Positions 40,525 through 49,881 of a stretch of 64,000 nt of DNA are shown piece by piece. The stretch comes from Diplonema japonicum (Eukaryota > Protista > Euglenozoa: Diplonemea): contig OZ025713.1 in NCBI GenBank assembly GCA_964019335.1, positions 248,001 to 312,000 on the forward strand, written 5' to 3'. The notes under the pieces are model-generated. The model saw only the letters and a program-made list of their open reading frames with translations. It made no database searches and was not told where the DNA came from. Numbering within the stretch: the first letter of the stretch is position 1; each line of letters opens with the position of its first letter. Made by a program: the position numbers and the translations under genes.

Positions 40525-42133
40525 TCACAACCTAGTGTACGCATCCGCCGGGTTCTCCCGGGACCTCACGTAGAACCCAGACACCTCGCTTTGCGCCTCC
40601 TCCGCTCTCTCGGCCCCGGCACAGCATCTCGAGCATGACCTCGTCACCGGAGTAGGCCTTCCGCCAAGCACCAAGAACGACAGTGCTGTCGATACCCACG
40701 TGAAGCACCACGTTCCGGAGACCCAACACCCGAAAGGCAAATTCTAGCAGTTCCAGCAGGGCATACATCTCCAATCGAGCAATGGCCGCTCCCGCCAAGG
40801 CTTGCGGTATACGTCCCCACCTGACGTGTTTCTTCCCGTCGAGCATTAGCATGCAGCACCACCCCGTCAAGCTGGCATCCGTGAAGGCCTCGAGCCTTAC
40901 TGTAGGTCGCTCGGCCCACCGCTTCCATTCGTTCTGTCTCAACTCTTCGAAAGCGGCTCGCAACGCACGTTGCACCGACGCTGGTATCATTATGAGTGTA
41001 GTCCAAAAACCCGCTCGACTAGCAGCATCGAGGTCCTTGCCTTTGCACACACCCGACATCCACCTAAGGATGGACTTGAACCTGAAAAGAGGGAGGGCCA
41101 GCGCATGAGCTCGCCAAAGTACAAGACCGCAGAGCCTCCACCACCTCCGAAGCTGTAGGGGTCTGTCAAACACGAAGTCCTCCAGTACCGGTTTCAGGGC
41201 TTCGATCCACTTGCTGCACATCCTCCATCTCTTGCATTGGAGGTCGAACTCCAGACCCAAGACTCTACCCACCTGTGACGGAGCCGACGTCTCGCCGATC
41301 ACGATGCGGTACCTCCGGCACAGAGCTTCGAACCTGAGCGAAGCCTCCTTCAACGTACCCAGGTCTTTGTCGATGAGTACGATGTTGTCCAGCCAGACGA
41401 CAGCCAGAACGGATGAATTTCTCACAGACTCGTTAGCCACACATCTGGCGACGGCTTGACCCAGCTGCGGCGCGGCTCGGTATCCCATTGCAAGCCGCTG
41501 CATCTGCAAGATATTCCCATCCGCTCTGAACGAGAAGAAAGGCCGCGATTCCTTGTGCAGCTCAAACTGGAAAAACCATGATTTGAAATCGTGCTCGATG
41601 AAGTAGGCTCCTCGGAACATGGTCTCGACTATCTCACGATAGGAGGGGAAGTTACACGGCGGCAAGGGTAAGTGGCTCAGACTCTTGTTCAGACCTGTGC
41701 AGGCGAGGATGAAACGCAGCTGTCCAGGCTTTCGCTTTTTAACGCAAAAAGCGCTATGAAAAAATGAACCGGCTCTGCTCCTCGGGGCTTTCACAGCGAT
41801 GTTGCCTCCAGTGATCTGACCAACAAGAACAGCCAATCTCGTATTGCGAGGACCAACCTCCTTAGCGCGGCTGCCGATGTGCCGCCGAAGAAAAGACGGC
41901 TTTATCCATTCGAAGTTCTCCCCCAGACAGGGGAAGTCCTCCTGCAACAAGGCAGCATCGAGGGGCTCTAGGGGTGCGCCTGCCACATGACCCTCATAGC
42001 TCGCTCGAGGAATCCGAGGCACGTCTCCTTCCAGATTCCACCAGTCCCAGTCATAGTCGTACCAGGACAAAACCTCCCAAAAAGTATCTAGAGGTTCCTC
42101 GAGACGTCGACCGACCCCTTCACGTCCCCCCAC
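40525..42133 (-). CDS. Reverse transcriptase/RNase H of the YR retrotransposon (frameshift near 40610)
   Basis: FCVKK...LRFI, DFKSWFFQF, RLAMG...AP, WLDNI; FTDAS, ARLE, IDSTVV; terminal YVRSRENPAD in the adjacent frame. Confidence 0.88.
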
Positions 42134-42657
42134 GTACCTCGAGAGGTGTAGTGTCTGGTCGACTCGACGCGACGATGCCGACCAAGTGTCCTCGCGGCCT
42201 CCTCCCCTTGGGTCAGGGCGACTTCGTTCAAGGTCGCGTGACGGATGAACCTTGTTGTCACCCCGAGGCTCTGCTTCACGAATTCTTCAAGTCGACCCAC
42301 CGGCACGCCGAAGCCAGCTGGAGGCTCAAGGCCCCCGCCAAGATGCCTCTCTTGGGGATCACCTCCTTCACTGCGGACATGGTCCATCTTGTCCTCGTGC
42401 GCGGAGTGGTCCGAGAGTTTTCGACTCAGGGATCGCCGAAGAAGTTGAAAAGGGGACCTCTCTGCCTGGCTGAAGTACGTCATATACTGCAGAGCCGAAC
42501 TCGGGCTGAGGCGCTTCTCGTCGCGTAGACGCTGCACCCACATCGCAAAGCACATCTCCTTTGACAGGTGTGGCTGAATCCTCTGGAGTTGCTCGCGGAA
42601 GGCCTCCGATCTTCGCATCACTGAGAGAAAAGCCTGACCCTTGTAAGCGGTGGACAT
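42088..42657 (-). pseudogene. Tyrosine recombinase, frameshifted and internally deleted
   Basis: C-terminal RFIRH...LGRH...STRHY; the first catalytic-Arg motif LQLASACRWVDL lies in another frame directly upstream. Confidence 0.75.
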
Positions 42658-42852
42658 CGTCTTTAGCGTGTTCTGCCGTAGCTCTGGAACTTCGCTCCCG
42701 TCGACAGAGTCCTTCTTGCGGATGGTTCCGCCACGGAGAAGATCGCTCCATGGGGAATCGGAAAGCGTTATAGTCGTAAGAGAGGAAGGAAGAGAGGGAT
42801 TTTTTGATTGGGGAAGGAGGGGTTTGGGTTTCGGGGAGAGTGAGGCCGCGGC

Positions 42853-43909
42853 TCACTTTTTTGGAGTCGAGAAACTTCCCAACCTAGTCCTCTTAGGGGT
42901 TCCACCTTGTCTGTTTCTCAACCTGTCTGCTTCCCTCTCCCTCTCCCGATCCTTCTTCAAGACCTCAAGCACGGCCTCCGTAGAGTTCATGTGCTTAAAT
43001 GTAAGCCGTAGCTTTTTATCGGAGAAGTCCTCCCAGTGTCCCGAAGAGATACCCCTCGTAAGCGCGGGCCTTCTGAATCCCGAGCCGGAAATTCTGGCCA
43101 CACTCCGTCAGCACGCGCAGAGCTTCAAGCCGTAGCATGTAACTGTGCAGCGTCGGAAGTAGATCCTTAGACCATTTGCCTTCCTCGTCGCGAGCTACCC
43201 GTAGGTAGTGCCAGATCCTCATAGATTCGTGGCAACCCGCATTGGCGTCACTCTCCGGCTTGTCCACGAAAGGACCGTAACGCAACGCGATCGCGGACAG
43301 GATTGCGTCCACCCCCGAAGGGCAATCCAAGTAGGGGACCCACTCCACGACCCGCCGAAGATCCAGGTCAAACGGGACCCTGGTCCTCTTCTCCTTGCGC
43401 AGAGCCGTTAATTCGGCCTCCAGCGCTTCATGCTTCAGGGCCATCGCGTCGTTCCTCGCCACCATCAGCTGCACCAAACGGCGTACCGTTGGGTCAGCGT
43501 GGCTTTCCGCCTCCGTCAGCAAGTCTACCTCAGCGACCCCGCCAGTGTCCGTCATTTCCTCGTACTCCTCGTCCTCCCCTTCCGCATGATCTGCCCCCTC
43601 GTCGGTGACAACTAAGTCAGCCCCATTGTCAACTTCCCAGCAACACGGAGGGCAAACCCAAAGCTCCTCTGAACTCGTGGGCAACTCGAAGCGCACCCGT
43701 AGGGCCTTCGTCATTTTTGCCCGTAGGCACTCGGGGTCCCCCACGCGTCCGCACCTCGCGCAATGGTTACCCAGATCATGGGCCCTATCGCACGAGGGGA
43801 AGAACACACAGTCGTGACCGTGTTTCGCGGGGGTAGCCGAAGGTGGATATGTCGATGTCTCGACGTCCGTCCACTTAACCTTCCCTAGTTCGAAGTCGTC
43901 CCTTGACAT
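42853..43909 (-). CDS. Gag-like ORF with Cys/His finger and coiled coil (probable frameshift near 43090)
   Basis: First ORF, starting right after repeat A1; C..C...H....C..C......C...WVCPPC; coiled-coil segment. Confidence 0.7.
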
Positions 43910-44376
43910 TTTCTTTGTTTGTGCGCACGAGCGGAATTTTACCTAATAAAATAGCTCATTACGCTGCCATCAACTAGTTTTTAGTCTCGACAATAATATT
44001 GTTAAAACAAAAAACAAAAACGGGCTGCAGCATGTGAAAAACGTGCGACAAAAGTTCAAACCTCAATCCTCTGTTCTTTTTTACCAGGACCACGATGACA
44101 GTGTTGTTATGTCCGGCTGTCTACGGGACTGGAGAAGGGATGGTTTTTTGTTGCCGACAGAAATACTGCAGTGCTCATAAAGTGAGACCGGCAGATGCGA
44201 AGAGGCGAAAAGAGGTGTCTGGTGTCTAAGACAACGGCAGGTCATCAGCGGTGCTCGATTCGGTCGATGCACCTCATGGGCCGAAAACACTTTAGATAGT
44301 TAGTGGAATGAACGCAGATCTTCCAAATCTTTCTAAAAAATCAATTACCCCCCCTCCCCCGGGCGTTTAAGGGTTA

Positions 44377-44416
<40 letters not shown>

Positions 44417-44465
44417 ACATTTAAGGGTACCTGCGGTATGTGGCAGGACGCCTGAAAAGTTTAGA

Positions 44466-44583
44466 GGATACAGCACCAGGGCTTCCCACGTGATCACTCA
44501 CCGCAGTACTAACCTGGCCTGCTGGTGCTTAACTTCCCAAATCAGGCGGGATGGGGCGCATTCACCAGAGTATGGCCGTATCC
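44466..44583 (-). rRNA. 5S rRNA gene
   Basis: GGATACGGCCATAC...GAAGTTAAGC...GGTTAGTACT...GGGAA...GTGCTGTATCC; 118 nt; complementary ends; TTTT shortly downstream. Confidence 0.95.
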
Positions 44584-44624
44584 CAAAAAAAAAAAAAAAA
44601 AAAAAAAAACAATAGCTATTTACT

Positions 44625-44995
44625 GCCAACAAGTAATAACTTTACCGTTACCTCGAGGTTTCGCATTTTACCATCGAGGGCCCTGCGGGCGGGTAAAATG
44701 CGGAACCGAGAAGTCGGTAAAATATTACTTGGCGCGAGTGGTTTTATTTCACGACACTCTGAAATTACTTGTACCCAATTGAACTGAACCTGGGGGAATT
44801 GAGAGGAAAAAGTTGCCCCACTGGGACAAAAAGGAAAACCGAGGCAAAAATTGGCCTACCGAGGCATATTTATTTACCGGAAACCCCTATTACTTCACGG
44901 AAACAGGCCATTATTTCACCGTCAAGTAATGAAATTTAGCGTGAAGTAATGGGCCCCCGAGTGCGTGAAGTAACTTCAGAAGAGTGAAATAAAAA
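44625..44995. repeat. Nested imperfect inverted repeats (foldback/MITE-like)
   Basis: aagtaata..tttaccg...ggtttcgcattttacc pairs with ggtaaaatgcggaacc...cggtaaa.tattactt; ttttatttcac pairs with gtgaaataaaa; ttacttcacg pairs with cgtgaagtaa. Confidence 0.55.
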
Positions 44996-45022
44996 AATTA
45001 AAAAAAAAACACGTTCAATGCT

Positions 45023-46762
45023 CTATCCGCAAGAGTCCACCAATAGAGTCTCATCTTGATCAAAAGACCGGTGCGTTTCCCGAAACGTTCCTGATTTGAT
45101 TAACTGCTCTAAATCATTCTCTGCCGCTGCTACTTTCGCGGGCTTCTCCCTCTCGATTCTAAGAACACGGAGGGCCTCCTCCCTGTCACCCAACATAAAC
45201 AACTTCCCTGCTGAGTTGTACGACTCCCAAGGCTTTTCCTCAAGCTCATACATCCACTCCTGGCCTGTTGCTGCTGCTCTCTTGTCTTCTACCTCTAGCA
45301 CTCGATATGCTATCTCAGTCTTATGTTTGTTGACTTTCACTCTGGTCAAGATGATCTTCATGGTGAAGGCGAAGGACACCTCACTGTACACAGTACTGCA
45401 ACACACCACCTTGTATCCCCCAGACCTCCCCAGGTCCTGCAGAACAGAGGCCGTGATGGACGGGGTCCCGATCATCCCCACAGACATGATCTCACTGCAC
45501 CCAAGAGACCCACAGAAGGCCGTCCCACTTGACACACCTGTCACCACCTCAATCCCTTCTTTAAAGGTCCTGTCGTATAGATTAACAGCAGCCTGCACAG
45601 CATTCTTCGCGTGGCTTGCACATCTCTTCGTGGTGTTGAACGAGGCGTGCACGTGGTCCCCCACAACAGCCCCCACAACACCTGACAAGCGTATGTACTT
45701 CTCAGACAGGCACTCCATGAAGTGTTTATACTTCTCTTGGTAAGCTGCTGGGTCGGAGGCCGCGTCCCCAATCGACCCGAGCATGTTCGTCACAGTGAAC
45801 GAGCACCGCTTCCTCTCAAGCACCTTTGCCAGCACTGTGGGCGGGTCGGTGAGGCTACTGTTTAAACGCGGCGCAGCCGAGCTTTTTCTCCGCAACTGCT
45901 CAGAATCCCCCATTTCCACGCGAAGTGACTCCTCGACTTCGTCATCGGTGAAGAAACAGGACTGTGGAAGGTAAGGACGGTAAATATGAAGATTTGCGAG
46001 GATGCCAGAAAAGGCGTGGTGGAGGGGCGGAGGGAGGGACGCGGACTCAATAATATCTTCAGCTGACGCAAGGTCGAAGCGGGAGAGCGAGGTGGCGATG
46101 TCCTCAGTGGCTTGGATGGCTTGGTTCATACATTCGTGTTCCCTGTGCATTCCACGGGCGAAACCTCTTGTGAAGTAGAAGTCAAGGAGGACCACCGCCA
46201 ACTGGTAGAAGAGACTAGTAGCTGCATAGTGAATAGTCCGTTTGCAGGGGAGCTCACCACAATCACATGCAACGGCTTCCTTGCGGTCCTCTTGAGGCAT
46301 GACAACAGAAAGGTCATAGAGGCCAAATCGGTATGCATTCTCAATAGCACTGAGGACCAACCATACCGTAAGTGACAGAATGACATTCTTGGCAACTCGT
46401 GGTTTCAGCTTGCAGACAAGGCAGATGTCTATGAGGACTACGAATAGCGGCCAACCTTGATACGTGTTGAACGATTCGAGACTGGCCAGCAGCAACATCA
46501 TCGACATCATGTACATAGTGGCCTCCATCACGGTGTGCCGGAGCTTTCTCTCGATTAGCAGCTGCGCCACGACAAAAGCTCCCGTGGCGAGTGCGACGCA
46601 CCTCCTAATGGTCCGAATGGCTGGTGCATTGTGTGTAGTACTCAGCTCCAATATGTTCCCCAACATATTGGCGATACCGGTCACCATCAGCAGTTTTTTG
46701 TTGAATACCGTCGTTTTATCATCTTCAGGTCGCACTACAAATGCGAACAAACAGCATTTCAT
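45023..46762 (-). CDS. Multi-TM pseudo-cyclase receptor, copy 3 (divergent N-terminus)
   Basis: Same architecture; conserved cyclase-like block. Confidence 0.85.
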   Translation of the reverse strand: MKCCLFAFVVRPEDDKTTVFNKKLLMVTGIANMLGNILELSTTHNAPAIRTIRRCVALATGAFVVAQLLIERKLRHTVMEATMYMMSMMLLLASLESFNTYQGWPLFVVLIDICLVCKLKPRVAKNVILSLTVWLVLSAIENAYRFGLYDLSVVMPQEDRKEAVACDCGELPCKRTIHYAATSLFYQLAVVLLDFYFTRGFARGMHREHECMNQAIQATEDIATSLSRFDLASAEDIIESASLPPPLHHAFSGILANLHIYRPYLPQSCFFTDDEVEESLRVEMGDSEQLRRKSSAAPRLNSSLTDPPTVLAKVLERKRCSFTVTNMLGSIGDAASDPAAYQEKYKHFMECLSEKYIRLSGVVGAVVGDHVHASFNTTKRCASHAKNAVQAAVNLYDRTFKEGIEVVTGVSSGTAFCGSLGCSEIMSVGMIGTPSITASVLQDLGRSGGYKVVCCSTVYSEVSFAFTMKIILTRVKVNKHKTEIAYRVLEVEDKRAAATGQEWMYELEEKPWESYNSAGKLFMLGDREEALRVLRIEREKPAKVAAAENDLEQLIKSGTFRETHRSFDQDETLLVDSCG

Positions 46763-47022
46763 GATCTTCTTTTGTGTGTTCTTAAGGTGGGGGGGGGATT
46801 AAAAAAAAAACTCAAAGTGCAGGACAAACAAACCCCCTCATGGAGGTGTTATCCATTTTTAAACTCCCTTTCTGGAGCATTGCTTTCGTCCCAACCGAGG
46901 CCGTGAGCGTCTTGCGGAGTAAAGTTTCCGTTTCTGTTTCCGTTTCCCTTTTTTTCAAAAAATGCATGGAAACGCGTTTCCATGCCAGCATAGCCCTAGG
47001 GGGGGTCATATGGTCCTTACTT

Positions 47023-47406
47023 TTTGCCCTTTTTCAGGCTCTTCGCCAAGGGCATTTTGGGCCCTTAAAAAAACTGTAACCACCCCAAAAGTGCCCACAA
47101 ATCACCCAAACCCCCGTTTCCCGATGGTTTCCGGCCCCAAAAGTGCCCAGAATCATGTTCTAATTTTGGGGCCCCCGTTTGGTACTTTCCCTATGTAATC
47201 CTAGGGGCCCCTATTTTATGTTCCCTAGGATTACATAGGGAAAGTACCAAACGGGGGCCCCAAAATTAGAACATGATTCTGGGCACTTTTGGGGCCGGAA
47301 ACCATCGGGAAACGGGGGTTTGGGTGATTTGTGGGCACTTTTGGGGTGGTTACAGTTTTTTTAAGGGCCCAAAATGCCCTTGGCGAAGAGCCTGAAAAAG
47401 GGCAAA
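47023..47406. repeat. Perfect palindrome, about 184-bp arms with a 16-nt spacer
   Basis: 47023-47206 is the reverse complement of 47223-47406; identical ORF translations on both strands; outer ggggggtcata/tatgacccccc. Confidence 0.92.
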
Positions 47407-47913
47407 TAACGACCCCCTTATGACCCCCCCCCCCCCCCCCCCCCCCCAATAATCATCAAAAAAGTCTGTCCTTTTGCACGACAATCATCCTCACGAATTG
47501 CGTATATCCTGGTCCGGTAGCTCGCCCTGCGTCACTCTCCAAGTCCCTGTAGGTTGCGGAGTACCAAGTAGGCATAAAGAAGCTGAGCGAAATGTTTTTT
47601 TTCCGCACCATTTTCGCATTGCGAGTCCTCGCATTCTGCAAACACCAAAAAGTAATTCATAACAATCCATTCAAAAACAGAATAACACCCCAAAGAAGAC
47701 AGAAGAATATAGCGCCTCTAGCCCGTCAGCCTATTGTACCCTGGAAAGGGTTATACTCCCTGCAAAGGTCATCCTTTTTTTGGTACCCTCGCAATGGTAC
47801 CGTAAGACACGGCACAAAGACAGACTACCTTGTAAAAAGGTAATTCTGCATTTATGTACTGTGAACGAGTCAGGCCCGAAGTACCTAAAGAAAAGAAAGA
47901 AAGCCTATCCTTG

Positions 47914-49596
47914 TTAAAGGAGAAGCGAGTTTCTATCCACAACGAGCTTCAGTTCCTCCTCCGCGAGCCTCACCAACGAAGGCTTTTCTCTCTCGATCCC
48001 AAGAACACGGAGGGCCTCCTTACTATTACCCAACAGGTACAACTTCCCTGCTGAATTGTACGACTCCCAAGGCCTCTGCCAAAGCTCATACATCCACTCC
48101 TGGCCTGTTGCAGCTATTTTCTCGTCCTCAGCTTCAAGTACCTCGTACGCTACCTCGTTCACATGCTTCACATTCACTTTTGTTATAATGACTTTCATGG
48201 TGAAGGCGAAGGACACCTCACTGTACACAGTACTGCAACACACCACCTTGTGTCCCCCAGACCTCCCCAGGTCCTGCAGAACAGAGGCCGTGATGGACGG
48301 GGTCCCGATCATCCCCACAGACATGATCTCACTGCACCCAAGAGACCCACAGAAGGCCGTCCCACTTGACACACCTGTCACCACCTCAATCCCTTCTGCA
48401 AAGGCCCCGTCACACAGATTAACAGCAGCCTGCACAGCATTCTTCGCGTGGCTTGCACATCTTTTCGTGGTGTTGAACGAGGCGTGCACGTGGTCCCCCA
48501 CAACAGCCCCCACAACACCTGACAAATGTAAGTATTGTTCAGACAGGCACTCCATGAAGTGTTTATACTTCTCTTGGTAGGCTGCGGGGTCGGAGGCTGC
48601 CTCCCCAATCGACCCGAGCATGTTCGTCACAGTGAACGAGCACCGCTTCTTCTCAAGCACCTTGACCTGTACGGCATGGACTACTTCAGACAGGCTTGAG
48701 GCCACGTTCGAGGTACTAGCCATTGATTCTGTCTTGAACATGGCTTGGCTTTGATTGTCGTCACCATCCTCACTGCCATTGTCACTGTCACGAAAAAGAA
48801 CAGACTGTGGAAGGTAAGGACGGTAGATGTGGAGATTTGCAAGGATGGCAGAGAAGGCGTGGTGGAGGGGCGGGGGGAGGGATGCGGACTCGATGATGTC
48901 TTCAGCTGATGCAAGGTCGAAGCGGGAGAGGGAGGTGGCGATGTCCTCAGTGGCTTGGATGGCTTGGTTCATGATTTCGTGTTCTTTACGAAGGCCGTGG
49001 GCGAAGCCTCTTGTGAAGTAGAAGTCGAGGAGGACGACAACCAACTGGTAGGTCAGCGACATAAGTGAATCACCAATGTCGTTTTTACAAGGAAGCTCTT
49101 CACAGGAGACGATGTCCCGACGCTGCTCTTGAGACATGAGATGTGGGAGGTCGTAGAGACCAAAGCGGAAGGTACCTTCGATGGAAGCGACAAACAGCCA
49201 GACAACGAGGACAGTGATGAGGATAAGTGCAACTCGTTGCTTCAGACGACAGACAAGACAGGCATCGATGAGAATTACAAATAGAGTCCACGCTTGGTAC
49301 AAGTTTCTGGGCTGAACGAAATGGTCAAGGCTCGCAACCAGAAACAGCAGACCAACAATGTACAGATAGACTTCCAGCAAGTTGTGCCGCACCTTGCGCT
49401 CCACCAACAGCTGCACAAACATTATTGCACCAATAGCGACAGCACATCCGCCTCTTGTCAGCTCTGAAATTCCTTCTGATGTTAATACTGCCAAAAGACT
49501 GCCTCCCATTTGCACGATGGAACCTACAAAAAATAATTTCTTTGTGAACACGGTGGTCGGATCATCATCAGGACACACCACCAGTGTGAAGAGCAT
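47914..49596 (-). CDS. Multi-TM pseudo-cyclase receptor, copy 4
   Basis: 560-aa paralog of copy 1. Confidence 0.85.
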   Translation of the reverse strand: MLFTLVVCPDDDPTTVFTKKLFFVGSIVQMGGSLLAVLTSEGISELTRGGCAVAIGAIMFVQLLVERKVRHNLLEVYLYIVGLLFLVASLDHFVQPRNLYQAWTLFVILIDACLVCRLKQRVALILITVLVVWLFVASIEGTFRFGLYDLPHLMSQEQRRDIVSCEELPCKNDIGDSLMSLTYQLVVVLLDFYFTRGFAHGLRKEHEIMNQAIQATEDIATSLSRFDLASAEDIIESASLPPPLHHAFSAILANLHIYRPYLPQSVLFRDSDNGSEDGDDNQSQAMFKTESMASTSNVASSLSEVVHAVQVKVLEKKRCSFTVTNMLGSIGEAASDPAAYQEKYKHFMECLSEQYLHLSGVVGAVVGDHVHASFNTTKRCASHAKNAVQAAVNLCDGAFAEGIEVVTGVSSGTAFCGSLGCSEIMSVGMIGTPSITASVLQDLGRSGGHKVVCCSTVYSEVSFAFTMKVIITKVNVKHVNEVAYEVLEAEDEKIAATGQEWMYELWQRPWESYNSAGKLYLLGNSKEALRVLGIEREKPSLVRLAEEELKLVVDRNSLLL

Positions 49597-49881
49597 GAAT
49601 TGTCTTTCCCCCCTCCCTTATTTGCTTTTTGGGTTTTGCTGCACTGGGAGAATACAAAAAGAACTGAAACATATGGTAAGGTGCCGCAGGAATCAGCCTA
49701 TTGTTCCCTGGAAAGGGTCGGAATAGCTGTAAAAGGCCACATGCCCGTGGACGTGCTTCGATCCCCATCTATCACCGCTGTCGCAATGGTACCGTAAGAC
49801 ACGGCACAAATAACACACTACGCTAGTGAAGATGGTTGTGGTGAAGATATTCTGGGATAAAGTCAGGCCCCAAGCGCTAAG

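Larger units (their letters stand above)
40243..44015 (-). mobile_element. VIPER/Ngaro-like tyrosine-recombinase retrotransposon with split direct repeats (A1...B1 A2 B2)
   Basis: A repeats at 43914-44015 and 40264-40365 read identical; B repeats at 40360-40401 and 40243-40284; ORF order gag-like, YR, RT/RNase H. Confidence 0.9.
39607..44373 (+). mobile_element. DNA transposon with 13-bp TIRs (CCCTTAAACGCCC), TTAA-type flanks and a hAT dimerization-domain remnant; interrupted by a YR retrotransposon
   Basis: TIRs at 39607-39619 and 44361-44373; flanks taaa/ttaa; ORF 39804-40304 FEFW...PVLAKFAL....STEAPTERHF......TKSRCKL. Confidence 0.75.

Noticed and set aside
40525-43909. Programmed frameshifting in the YR element ORFs
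   Set aside because: The shifts fall inside domains without clear slippery sites; decay or sequencing indels are more likely
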